Shown: one piece after another, positions 37,173-46,218 of the stretch | How positions within the stretch are numbered: the stretch's first letter is position 1 | How the letters are laid out: each line of letters starts with the position of its first letter | Source: Portibacter sp. | GTDB taxonomy: Bacteria; Bacteroidota; Bacteroidia; Chitinophagales; Saprospiraceae | Assembly (NCBI GenBank): GCA_040391315.1 | Contig: JBEBYC010000011.1 | Location: 46,962 to 110,961 of the forward strand | Reading direction: 5' to 3' | DNA length: 64,000 nucleotides | Notes under the pieces: generated by a model | Seen by the model: the letters and a program-made list of their open reading frames with translations, nothing else | What the model was told of the DNA's origin: nothing | Database searches by the model: none | Made by a program: the position numbers and the translations under genes

Positions 37173-37526
37173 ATGACATTGCAAATAAAACGCATTTTTG
37201 AAACGGCTACTTCTGAGGACGGTATGCGTATCCTAGTGGACAGAATATGGCCTAGAGGCGTTAGTAAATTGCAAGCATCCATAGATGAATGGATTAAAGA
37301 TATTGCCCCTTCAAAAGAATTACGGATGTGGTTTAATCATATTCCTGATCGTTTCGAAGTGTTTAAAACAAGATACAAAATAGAACTAAAAGATAAAAAT
37401 GATATCTTATATAGAATCTATACAATATCGCAAAATCAAAATGTAACATTATTATATAGTGCAAAAGATGAAATTCATAATCATGCGATCGTTTTAGTCG
37501 AAATTATTGAAAATCTAAAAAAATAA
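37173..37526 (+). CDS. DUF488-family protein
   Basis: 117 aa. MRILVDRIWPRGVSKLQASIDEWIKDIAPSKELRMWFNH...TLLYSAKDEIHNHA is the characteristic DUF488 pattern. Confidence 0.8.
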   Translation: MTLQIKRIFETATSEDGMRILVDRIWPRGVSKLQASIDEWIKDIAPSKELRMWFNHIPDRFEVFKTRYKIELKDKNDILYRIYTISQNQNVTLLYSAKDEIHNHAIVLVEIIENLKK

Positions 37527-37529
37527 ATC

Positions 37530-38000
37530 ATGGATAAACCTATAAAACGTCACAATGCACTTATTCCGATTAGTAGAGAACATCACTTTGGTCTTTTACT
37601 TTCATGGAAAATCAGAGTAGGGCTAAAAAAAGACATTGACCCTGAACGTATCATTAAATACTGTAAATGGTTTTATGAAAACAATCTTTTGCATCATTTT
37701 AAGATAGAGGAGCAATATATTTATCCGATTTTAGGCAATTCACATCCATTGATTATACAGGCTTTATCAGAACATAGGGCTATTGAGTATTTAATCAAGC
37801 ATGCGCATTCGGATCTAAAAGATGCCCTTAAAACACTAGAAAAAACATTAGATGCACATATACGGCTAGAAGAGCGAAACATATTTAATATCATACAAGA
37901 CATAGCCACCGAAGCACAATTAAAATTAATTGAAGCACACCACAATACACCATTTGATGATAGTTGGGAAGATGAATTTTGGGCAAAGAAAACTTCCTAA
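37530..38000 (+). CDS. Hemerythrin (HHE cation-binding) domain protein
   Basis: 156 aa with spaced His/Glu pairs (REHHFGL, HHFKIEEQYIYP, SEHRAIEYL, AHIRLEERNIF). It starts 4 nt after the DUF488 stop. Confidence 0.7.
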   Translation: MDKPIKRHNALIPISREHHFGLLLSWKIRVGLKKDIDPERIIKYCKWFYENNLLHHFKIEEQYIYPILGNSHPLIIQALSEHRAIEYLIKHAHSDLKDALKTLEKTLDAHIRLEERNIFNIIQDIATEAQLKLIEAHHNTPFDDSWEDEFWAKKTS

Positions 38001-38151
38001 ATGTAAAGGCATATATAACATATTGATCTTAATAAACTTGAATCGGGTATTAAGTTATTATTCATTCTAACTATAGGAATTACACCCTTTCAATTAACCA
38101 GCGTTAAAGATTTATTTATTAAATAGAAGGCAAAACCTCAACCTTTATGTA

Positions 38152-38159
38152 TATATTTG
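38152..38159 (+). promoter_or_regulatory. Candidate -7 promoter box (TATATTTG) for the aminotransferase gene
   Basis: Exact TAnnTTTG, 26 nt upstream of the ATG at 38185. Confidence 0.45.
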
Positions 38160-38184
38160 CACTTTAAAAATTGAATATATAATC

Positions 38185-39384
38185 ATGCCTAAATTATCGC
38201 AAAAAGCCATTAATGTTCCTGCTTCACCAATTCGAAAGTTGACTCCTTATGCCAATCAAGCTAAAAAAAGTGGTAAAAAAGTCTATCATCTAAATATTGG
38301 CCAGCCGGATATAGAAATGCCTCAGGTCGTTTTAGATGCTATAAAGCAGTTCAATCATAAAGTATTGGAATACAGTCCATCAGAAGGTTTTGAATCCTAT
38401 CGCAAAAAACTTGCAGCTTATTATCAATCAAAAGATATCCCAGTAAATGCTGAGGATATTATTACAACGGTAGGTGGTTCAGAAGCATTGGTTTTTGGTT
38501 TTATGTCTACATGTAATCCCGGAGACGAAATCATTATTCCTGAGCCTTTTTATGCAAATTACAATGGATTTGCGACCTTTGCAGACATTAAAGTAGTGCC
38601 TGTAACCGCTACAATCGAAGACGGTTTTGCTTTGCCACCGATTGCAGAATTTGAAAAGAAAATCACAGATAAAACAAAAGCAATCCTAATCTGTAATCCA
38701 GGCAACCCGACCGGATATCTGTATTCAAAAAGCGAACTAGAGCAGCTCCGAGATCTTGTTATTAAACACGATTTATTCTTATTTGCCGACGAAGTTTACC
38801 GTGAGTTTTGCTATGGAGACGCACACCCCTACTCTGTCCTCAATTTAGAAGGATTAGAAAATCATGCAATTTTGATAGACTCGGTATCTAAAAGATACTC
38901 GATGTGTGGGGCAAGGATTGGTGCGCTTATCACTAAAAACAATGAAGTAATCCAATCAGCTTTAAAATTTGCACAAGCGAGACTTTCACCGCCTACAATT
39001 GAACAGATAGCAGCAGAAGCAGCATTAGAAACTCCTGCCTCTTATTTTGAAAATGTTAATAAAGAATACGTTCATCGCAGAGATATTCTAATTGATGGCT
39101 TGAACCAAATACCTGGTGTAAAATGTCCTAAGCCAGATGGTGCTTTCTATGCCGTAGCCGAATTTCCTATTGATGATGCCGACAAATTCTGTCAGTGGCT
39201 TTTAGAATCTTTTGAATATCAAGGACAAACAGTCATGATGGCACCTGCAACCGGTTTTTATGCCACACCTGGAATTGGTACAAATCAGGTTCGTCTGGCA
39301 TATGTTTTAAATCAGGATGCTCTTAAAAATGCTGTAAAATGTCTTGAAGAGGCGCTTAAGGTTTACCCAGGAAGAACATTATAA
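38185..39384 (+). CDS. Class I/II PLP-dependent aminotransferase (aspartate/aromatic aminotransferase-like)
   Basis: 399 aa. LNIGQPD, NPGNPTG, FADEVYREF and the PLP-lysine block DSVSKRYSMCGARIG. Confidence 0.9.
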   Translation: MPKLSQKAINVPASPIRKLTPYANQAKKSGKKVYHLNIGQPDIEMPQVVLDAIKQFNHKVLEYSPSEGFESYRKKLAAYYQSKDIPVNAEDIITTVGGSEALVFGFMSTCNPGDEIIIPEPFYANYNGFATFADIKVVPVTATIEDGFALPPIAEFEKKITDKTKAILICNPGNPTGYLYSKSELEQLRDLVIKHDLFLFADEVYREFCYGDAHPYSVLNLEGLENHAILIDSVSKRYSMCGARIGALITKNNEVIQSALKFAQARLSPPTIEQIAAEAALETPASYFENVNKEYVHRRDILIDGLNQIPGVKCPKPDGAFYAVAEFPIDDADKFCQWLLESFEYQGQTVMMAPATGFYATPGIGTNQVRLAYVLNQDALKNAVKCLEEALKVYPGRTL

Positions 39385-39407
39385 TTTAAAATTAATCAAG
39401 TTTTTGT

Positions 39408-39462
39408 GACGATTCTACATCAAACCGAAAGATTTATGATCTGGTGTAGAATTGTCATTTTT
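39408..39462 (+). terminator. Probable rho-independent terminator after the aminotransferase gene
   Basis: 12-bp stem (GACGATTCTACA at 39408-39419, TGTAGAATTGTC at 39445-39456, one G-U pair) followed by ATTTTTA. The 25-nt loop is long. Confidence 0.5.
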
Positions 39463-39644
39463 AATTATTTATGGACGAATTATCTCCATTAAAAATACAT
39501 TCATATTCAAAACCTGTATTGATAAAATAGTAATCGTACAAAAAATCTAAGTAAAATCGACATCCGAGCAAATCATATCTACAATATTATCATTATATTT
39601 AGATATTTATTGGTAAAATTCAATTGCCATTTTTGTCATTATCG

Positions 39645-39652
39645 TATATTTG
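39645..39652 (+). promoter_or_regulatory. Candidate -7 promoter box (TATATTTG) for corA, with TTG at 39624-39626 as the -33 element
   Basis: Exact TAnnTTTG, 50 nt upstream of the ATG at 39702. An upstream TTG sits at 18-bp spacing. Confidence 0.45.
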
Positions 39653-39701
39653 CGTTCCTTAGTGGCAAGACTAAGTTAATAAGCTTAGTAAGCGCAGAAT
39701 T

Positions 39702-40649
39702 ATGATACGTTATTTAAAAAAAGTACATGGCGATATTCAGGATACAAACAGCATTGAAGATTGCTGTTGGATAAACATTTATCCGCCATATGATCATGGT
39801 TCATTAGATACGCTCGCGCACGAATTGGACATACCGCTAGATTTCCTTACGGACTCTTTGGACGTTGACGAAAGATCGAGATATGAGCGTGATGAAAATT
39901 CCATTTTAATCCTCGTTAATAGCCCTGTACTAAATGACGAAGGCAAAGAAAGTGAAGCAATTTATATAACGATACCTGTGGGTATAATCCTTACTCCAAG
40001 CCATATAATAACCATCTGCTCTTATGAAAATCCGGTAATAGATAAATTTCTTGAAAATAAAGTTAAGAATTTTGATCCTACTGATAAGCAAATGTTTGTT
40101 TTGCAGATTTTCGAACAAAACGTTTACAGATTCCTAGATTGTCTTAAAAAATTAAACTTAAAACGAAATCTCATAGAGCAGGAATTGTATCATTCAAGCC
40201 GTAGTTCAGAGCTACAGCAATTGCTTAGAATAGAGAAGTCCTTAGTTTACTTTGTAAGCTCATTAAGTACAAATGAGTTATTGAAAATGAAGATTAAAAG
40301 GACAGATTTGCTAAAAATTGGTTCAGAAAATGATTATTCAGAATTATTTGAAGATGTGATTATTGACAATTCACAAGCTTTAGAAATGTCTAACGTTTAT
40401 ACCCACATACTTAGTAGTACGATGGAAGCATACGCATCCATCATTTCTAATAATTTGAATATCATCATTCATCGACTCACAATTGTGACGATTATATTAT
40501 TGGTGCCATCCATGATTGCCGGATTTTATGGTATGAACTTGGATTTTATGCCTTTCACCCAGTATAAATATTCTTTTTTGTTTATAATTATCATATCCGT
40601 ATTATCCGGGTTTGCTTTGGTTTATTATTTTGCTAAAGACAAAAAATAA
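39702..40649 (+). CDS. corA: CorA-family magnesium/cobalt transporter
   Basis: 315 aa with two C-terminal TM helices and the signature GFYGMN motif (IAGFYGMNLDFMP). Confidence 0.85.
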   Translation: MIRYLKKVHGDIQDTNSIEDCCWINIYPPYDHGSLDTLAHELDIPLDFLTDSLDVDERSRYERDENSILILVNSPVLNDEGKESEAIYITIPVGIILTPSHIITICSYENPVIDKFLENKVKNFDPTDKQMFVLQIFEQNVYRFLDCLKKLNLKRNLIEQELYHSSRSSELQQLLRIEKSLVYFVSSLSTNELLKMKIKRTDLLKIGSENDYSELFEDVIIDNSQALEMSNVYTHILSSTMEAYASIISNNLNIIIHRLTIVTIILLVPSMIAGFYGMNLDFMPFTQYKYSFLFIIIISVLSGFALVYYFAKDKK

Positions 40650-40749
40650 TCAAATCATACTTTACAAAATACACACCTATTTTTGCAGGTAATTAGCTTT
40701 CAAAAAAATTATGCATGCAACGTACATAAATATGATATCAAAAAACGAC

Positions 40750-42027
40750 CTAATATCCGTATTTATCTTTCCAAACTTCGCGTAAATATTCCTGATGTTT
40801 TTTTTCAGAAACATTATTGCCAGGTTGATAAAACCGTTTACCTTTTATAGCAATTGGAAGGCATTCCATATCAGATTCCCCTACCCTATAATTATGAGCA
40901 TATTGATAACCAGCACCATACCCTAATTCTTTCATAAGTTTCGTAGGTGCATTACGAAGATTCAAAGGGATTGGAAGTGTACCTTCTCTTCGTACTAAAT
41001 CAAGTGCTTCATCAATTGCCATATAGGTACTGTTACTCTTAGGTGAACAAGCAAGATATACAGCAGTTTGAGACATAATAATTCGACCTTCCGGCATTCC
41101 AACCTGATGAACAGCCTGAAAACAATTATTGGCCATTAGTAACGCATTTGGGTTAGCAAGCCCAATATCTTCAGAAGCGAGAATAATCATTCTTCTACAA
41201 ATAAAAAGCGGATCTTCACCACCTTCTATCATCACAGCTAGATAATATACTGATGCATTCGGGTCAGAAGCACGCATCGACTTTATAAATGCTGAAATAT
41301 AATCATAGTGCTGCTCACCAGATTTATCATATTTAACGATATTATCTTGGATTATTTTACCGACCGTTTCGTCAGTGATAACCATTTGCTCCCCTTTTGG
41401 AGTATGATTAACGACTAGTTCCAATGCATTATACAATTTACGACCGTCACCTCCGGAAATGGCAATAAGCGCATCATACGAATCAAAACGTACAGGATAT
41501 TGCTTTAAATAATCGTCTTCTTTAAGTGCTTTCTCTACCATTGCGACAAGATGCTTTTTCTCTAAAGCTTTGAGAACAAAAATCTGACATCTGGACAGTA
41601 ACGCCGGTATAACTTCAAAGGATGGATTTTCAGTTGTAGCTCCAATCAAGGTAACAATCCCTTTTTCCACTGCTCCCAATAAAGAATCCTGCTGTGATTT
41701 ACTAAACCTATGAATTTCATCAATAAACAAAACTGGATTTGGACGCGAAAAAAAATGCTGAGCTTTGGCCTTTTCTATGACATCTCTGATATCTTTCACA
41801 CCGCTATTTATTGCAGAAAGGCTAAAAAATGGTCTATCTTGAGCGGCGGCTATAATAGAAGCCAATGTAGTTTTACCTACTCCGGGTGGCCCCCAAAGAA
41901 TAAAAGAGGGTAATTTCCCTGTTTCAATGATTCTCTGAAGGATTGCACCTTTGCCAACAAGATGTTCCTGGCCTATATAATCTTCCAGTTTTACCGGACG
42001 CATTCGCTCTGCTAACGGCTGATTCAT
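40750..42027 (-). CDS. rarA: Replication-associated recombination protein A (AAA+ ATPase)
   Basis: The start is set at ATG 42027 (MNQPLAERMRPVKLEDYIGQEHLVG). Walker A is GPPGVGKTT, Walker B is LFIDEIHRF, and the C-terminal MgsA blocks are HYDYISAFIKSMRASDPNA and YQYAHNY. Confidence 0.93.
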   Translation of the reverse strand: MNQPLAERMRPVKLEDYIGQEHLVGKGAILQRIIETGKLPSFILWGPPGVGKTTLASIIAAAQDRPFFSLSAINSGVKDIRDVIEKAKAQHFFSRPNPVLFIDEIHRFSKSQQDSLLGAVEKGIVTLIGATTENPSFEVIPALLSRCQIFVLKALEKKHLVAMVEKALKEDDYLKQYPVRFDSYDALIAISGGDGRKLYNALELVVNHTPKGEQMVITDETVGKIIQDNIVKYDKSGEQHYDYISAFIKSMRASDPNASVYYLAVMIEGGEDPLFICRRMIILASEDIGLANPNALLMANNCFQAVHQVGMPEGRIIMSQTAVYLACSPKSNSTYMAIDEALDLVRREGTLPIPLNLRNAPTKLMKELGYGAGYQYAHNYRVGESDMECLPIAIKGKRFYQPGNNVSEKKHQEYLREVWKDKYGY

Positions 42028-42322
42028 ACATTGAAAAATTTTCGTGTTTCTAAAATAATCATTATCAATAAACAAAAGTAACAAATGTTTATAAAAATAT
42101 GATTAGAAAACAATCTACCGATACGTTCAAATATTCCTTTGACTTCAAATTAGCACTATTTTTAATGATAATTAAGCATATATTATATGAAGTATATTGT
42201 TTTAACTTTTCGTTAAATGATTTTTCTTTAATGAAATTTCAGAATAAATGTATTTTTGTACTTTAAGTTAAAGAGCAAATTATCTGTTCAATAATTATCG
42301 TACGTATTAAATTTTATTTTTT

Positions 42323-42544
42323 ATGCATATTATTGAAAATAAAGTCCAGCCCATAATAGAGAAATACACTTTTGGTGTATGTCGTTATTTTGCCGAAAAG
42401 TGGCAGCTAAACGAATCAAAAGTACGTATGTATTTTATTTACAGCAGTTTTCTAACCTTTGGTTCACCTGTCATATTTTATTTGATTACGGCTTTTTGGC
42501 TAAATATTAAGAAGTATATTAGAAGTGGCAACACTCTAAAATAA
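42323..42544 (+). CDS. Small PspC-domain-like membrane protein
   Basis: 73 aa. FGVCRYFAEKWQLNESKVRMYFIYSSFLTFGSPVIFYLITAFWL resembles the PspC domain pattern (GVCxGLAxYFxxxxxxVRxxF...). Confidence 0.5.
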   Translation: MHIIENKVQPIIEKYTFGVCRYFAEKWQLNESKVRMYFIYSSFLTFGSPVIFYLITAFWLNIKKYIRSGNTLK

Positions 42545-42549
42545 TTACT

Positions 42550-43449
42550 TTGGAAAAATTAATCCTTCCTTCCTTTAAAAGTATATTGACCACAAATAGC
42601 AAAATTAGTAAAGTCTTAAATTATTTAATTAATAAGTATATATTTTTAGGGCTTTGTACCAGTGGTTTAACAGCATTTAGTTATTATTCATTAGGATTAC
42701 AAATAGACTGGGTTTATTTAATTTTTGTATGTTTTTCAACTGCATTTTTATATAATAACCATGACTTATTATCACTTCGTATATTTGATTCTATTCGAAT
42801 TCTAATTAAACGGCCACTTAAATTATTATCATTTCTGAGCATCCTATTATTGTTTTTCCTTTCAATATCCAAGGTGCATATTTGGGTATATGGTTTAGCT
42901 GGCTTAATTATAATGGGCTATTATAGTTGCGGCATACTAAAAGGAATTACATTTCGAAAAGATTGGCTAAAACCATTGAGTATTGGTATGGTATATGCGC
43001 TAATCACGATAACCTACCCAGCTGTTTCGAATAAGCTGCCTATAATTTTAATACTCGTACTTAGCTCAGAAAGGATAATTTTTATAGCTTCACTTGCTTT
43101 GATATTTGATGTAGGTGATGCTGTTATAGATAAATATACAAATCCCCCTACGATTCCATCAATGATAGGTGTACAAAATTCAGTGTTTATAGCTATGGGG
43201 TTAATCGTATTAGCAAGTATGATTAATCTATATGCATATTACGAAATGTGGATCAATGATGTCAATTTTTTTGCGTTAACCATGACATATCTACTTTCAT
43301 CAATCTTATTTAAAAAAGCTTCGCCTCAGAAAGAGAAAAATCGGTTTTATTTAACCTATATCGATGGAATGATAGGATTTCCTTTCTTTATACTAATGTT
43401 AGCTCAATTGGGATATCAAATTTGTTTAATTGTTATTTCTCATATTTAA
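42550..43449 (+). CDS. Polytopic membrane protein, possibly UbiA-like prenyltransferase
   Basis: 299 aa with a TTG start and about 8 hydrophobic helices. An Asp-rich stretch, IFDVGDAVIDKY, is reminiscent of the second UbiA motif, but the assignment is weak. Confidence 0.45.
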   Translation: MEKLILPSFKSILTTNSKISKVLNYLINKYIFLGLCTSGLTAFSYYSLGLQIDWVYLIFVCFSTAFLYNNHDLLSLRIFDSIRILIKRPLKLLSFLSILLLFFLSISKVHIWVYGLAGLIIMGYYSCGILKGITFRKDWLKPLSIGMVYALITITYPAVSNKLPIILILVLSSERIIFIASLALIFDVGDAVIDKYTNPPTIPSMIGVQNSVFIAMGLIVLASMINLYAYYEMWINDVNFFALTMTYLLSSILFKKASPQKEKNRFYLTYIDGMIGFPFFILMLAQLGYQICLIVISHI

Positions 43450-44296
43450 TATTAACCTTAAATCGAGCATCAAAGATACCTAATTCCTTAGCTATCGAAG
43501 GGCTGATAATAATATTTACATCATGCTTATAGGTATTTGGTGGTATTTTGCCAATTACTTTAGCTTTTACGTGCCTTCTTAACATAGGATTGTATATATC
43601 TATAGCACTACCAGGCCTAGCATCGTTGAACAAAACATAATAATTTTTAGATTCTGCAGCCGATTTATCATAGAATCCTATGACATCAGAAAGATAGTAT
43701 TTAGTAATAGAATCAGCATCCTTGACGGAGCTGTCCACTTCATCTTTTTTATCATTCGTAGCATTTGAAACAATGTCTATTGGCTTACGCGTTGAATTTA
43801 TATGACCACTGTTTAAGTACGGCATATAGTATCCAACAATTAAATCTTCATCAACTTGAATTTCAAAGGTTGATTTATTGTTAATTGACTTTAAAATCGC
43901 AACGCTTGTATTAAATTTTCTGGAAATGCTATAAAAGGTTTCTGAAGGTTTAACCTTATATAATAAAACATAGTATTTTTCTTTTTTAGGTTTTATTGTG
44001 GTTATCCGTTCTTTACTCAAACGTACTTTTACAATCTTGCCGGCATTTATCGGCTTATTGGGATCTATATTGCTATCTTTCCACAATATTTCTTTCGAGA
44101 CCTGAAAAAATTCGGCAAGACTGTAAATCGTAACATTGTTGTCATATACATGACTATAAAAAAAATCATTCTCAGGCAGATTGTCAACGACAATCTCGGT
44201 TCCTGTAACAAAATATCGGTTGCTTTCACTTTGTGCTAATACAAATACATTCATTAATATTAGCAAAAAAATCGTAAATTTGTATTTTTTGGACAT
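43433..44296 (-). CDS. Secreted LysM-domain protein
   Basis: The start is set at ATG 44296 (MSKKYKFTIFLLILMNVFVLAQS). Two LysM-like repeats are present (VTIYSLAEFFQVSKEILWKDSNIDPNKPINAGKIVKV; YKVKPSETFYSISRKFNTSVAILKSINN...DEDLIVGY). Confidence 0.6.
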   Translation of the reverse strand: MSKKYKFTIFLLILMNVFVLAQSESNRYFVTGTEIVVDNLPENDFFYSHVYDNNVTIYSLAEFFQVSKEILWKDSNIDPNKPINAGKIVKVRLSKERITTIKPKKEKYYVLLYKVKPSETFYSISRKFNTSVAILKSINNKSTFEIQVDEDLIVGYYMPYLNSGHINSTRKPIDIVSNATNDKKDEVDSSVKDADSITKYYLSDVIGFYDKSAAESKNYYVLFNDARPGSAIDIYNPMLRRHVKAKVIGKIPPNTYKHDVNIIISPSIAKELGIFDARFKVNIKYEK

Positions 44297-44399
44297 GCGC
44301 TTTATGTAAAACCAGACCATCATTATCTAAAACATTCTAAATATAGCGCAAATATATTATGTATTTTTATAATGTGTATGTTTTTTTGAGAATATTTTT

Positions 44400-45146
44400 A
44401 TGAAAATTTCAATTATTATTCCAGCTAGGATGGCTTCAACGCGTTTACCTAAAAAACCGCTTGCCGACATTATGGGCAAAAGCCTTATCGAACATGTATA
44501 CCTCAAAGCAACGCAAGTCAAAGAAGCAGAAGTCATTATAGCGACAGATGACCAGCTAATTTTTGACCATGTACAACAATTTGGCGGTCGTGCAATGATG
44601 ACTTCACCTAATCATCCATCTGGAACAGATCGTATAGCAGAAGTAGCTCAAAATATTGAAAGCGACATTATAATCAACTTACAAGGTGACGAGCCCTTGA
44701 TAAATCCAAAGCAAATTGAAGCTTTAATCGAGCTCATGAAAAATCCTTTGGTTAAAATAGGTACACAATGTGCTAAAATTAAGGACGTGGAAACTTTATT
44801 TGATTATAACATTGTAAAAGTAGTGAGGGATATAAATGACAAGGCTCTATATTTCTCAAGACAAGCGATTCCGGCAATTAGAGATCAGAAATTTGAAAAA
44901 TGGATAGCGTATGCAGATTATTATAAACACATTGGTATCTACGGATTCAAGCGAATGACGCTGCTTGAATTATGTACATTACCACAGACAACATTTGAAA
45001 AAAGCGAAAGCTTAGAGCAACTGCGTTGGTTGCAGCACGGCTACGATGTATATTGTCAAGAAACCTTATATACATCAATTGGTGTTGATACACCCGAAGA
45101 TTTGGATCGTGTACGCGATTATATTCTTAAAGAAATGTTCCATTGA
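44400..45146 (+). CDS. kdsB: 3-deoxy-manno-octulosonate cytidylyltransferase (CMP-KDO synthetase)
   Basis: 248 aa. IIIPARMASTRLPKKPLADIMGK, SGTDRIAEV, NLQGDEPLI, IGIYGF and LEQLRWLQHG. Confidence 0.93.
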   Translation: MKISIIIPARMASTRLPKKPLADIMGKSLIEHVYLKATQVKEAEVIIATDDQLIFDHVQQFGGRAMMTSPNHPSGTDRIAEVAQNIESDIIINLQGDEPLINPKQIEALIELMKNPLVKIGTQCAKIKDVETLFDYNIVKVVRDINDKALYFSRQAIPAIRDQKFEKWIAYADYYKHIGIYGFKRMTLLELCTLPQTTFEKSESLEQLRWLQHGYDVYCQETLYTSIGVDTPEDLDRVRDYILKEMFH

Positions 45147-45609
45147 AACTAAGTGGAAGGATATCCTCAATGCTATCAATTTCGTAGATTGTATCGCTAT
45201 CAGCCTTTAAAAGAATACGGATTTTCTGTTGATGACGTTGTGCATACTCTGCAATAACCTGACGACATCCACCACATGGTGATGCTGGCTTTGTTATTTT
45301 AATTTTTTGATTTTGAATTGTAATGGCAAGTGTTACAGGTGCGACATCTGGTTTATTAGCCGCAGCATTATACAAGGCGATACGTTCGCCACACATACAT
45401 AATGGATAAGAGGCATTTTCCTGATTTGATCCGACATATACAGAGTTATCTTTAAGTCTTACAGCTGCACCAACATGAAAGTTAGAATATGGTGCGTAAG
45501 CTTTTGCTATCTGTGCGATGGCCACGTTAACTAAATCCCTATCTTCCAGAGATAATTCATCAAGTCCATTATAAACTTTATATTCAAATTCATTTTTTAC
45601 AACTTCCAT
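45127..45609 (-). CDS. cdd: Cytidine deaminase
   Basis: 160 aa with zinc-binding motifs CGERIALYNA (C-x-E) and PCGGCRQVIAEY (PCxxC). Confidence 0.93.
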   Translation of the reverse strand: MEVVKNEFEYKVYNGLDELSLEDRDLVNVAIAQIAKAYAPYSNFHVGAAVRLKDNSVYVGSNQENASYPLCMCGERIALYNAAANKPDVAPVTLAITIQNQKIKITKPASPCGGCRQVIAEYAQRHQQKIRILLKADSDTIYEIDSIEDILPLSFNGTFL

Positions 45610-46154
45610 AATATTTAACCTTTAAGGTTTACAATAACTACTAAAACACATACTTGTATTGCTATTTTTTGTGGTTCAATAGATTCAATTTCAATCATTC
45701 AAATAAACTAACTTATAAAGCAGCATAATATAATATTTATGGAATTTATTCAGCTAAATATTTGATGTCTATTAAAAAATGTACAAAAACTATGCAAAAC
45801 TACCTATATAACATTAAATATATGAATTTAATTATGCATTCATTACATTAAACATTATAAAAATAAAAACAAAAAAACATTCATTAATCAAACACAACAT
45901 TTGTATTCAATTAAATTTCAATACATTACAGGAAGTTTTGGCATAAATCAAGGCTTTGAATTCAATAAAGATCAATTATACAAATTATAAATTTAACAAC
46001 GAAAGCTTATGAATAATCCATGCTAACTTTCAATAGTTAAAAAAGTAAGCTTTCTAATAATACGTATTTAATTAAATAAGGACAAAGAAATATGAAACAT
46101 TTGACGACTTCTAAGGACTAAACATATAAATTTAAATCACGCTCAATAATAAAT

Positions 46155-46194
46155 TAAAAATGGCACATCTAAGGGTATACCTCAAATGTGCCAT
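46155..46194 (-). terminator. Rho-independent terminator after the 3,716-aa gene
   Basis: ATGGCACAT (46160-46168) pairs with ATGTGCCAT (46186-46194), with an inner GGTATACC palindrome. On the minus strand it is followed by TTTTTAATTTATT, 25 nt after the stop. Confidence 0.65.
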
Positions 46195-46218
46195 AACTCA
46201 CTACATAAACACTTTCAA

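Noticed and set aside
39658-39693. Two small hairpins in the corA leader (CTTAGT-N6-ACTAAG and GCTTA-G-TAAGC) as a possible Mg2+-sensing RNA
   Set aside because: The stems are only 5-6 bp and the leader is about 45 nt. Nothing resembles the M-box or mgtA-type leaders, so it is too weak to claim.
45127-45146. Convergent 3' overlaps (kdsB/cdd by 20 nt, and 43433-43449 for the membrane protein and LysM genes) as antisense regulatory devices
   Set aside because: Short convergent overlaps are common in compact bacterial genomes. No additional structure was seen.
45615-45632. AACCTT-T-AAGGTT palindrome just upstream of the cdd start codon
   Set aside because: The arms are only 6 bp with a 1-nt spacer, it occurs once, and no partner regulator is evident.
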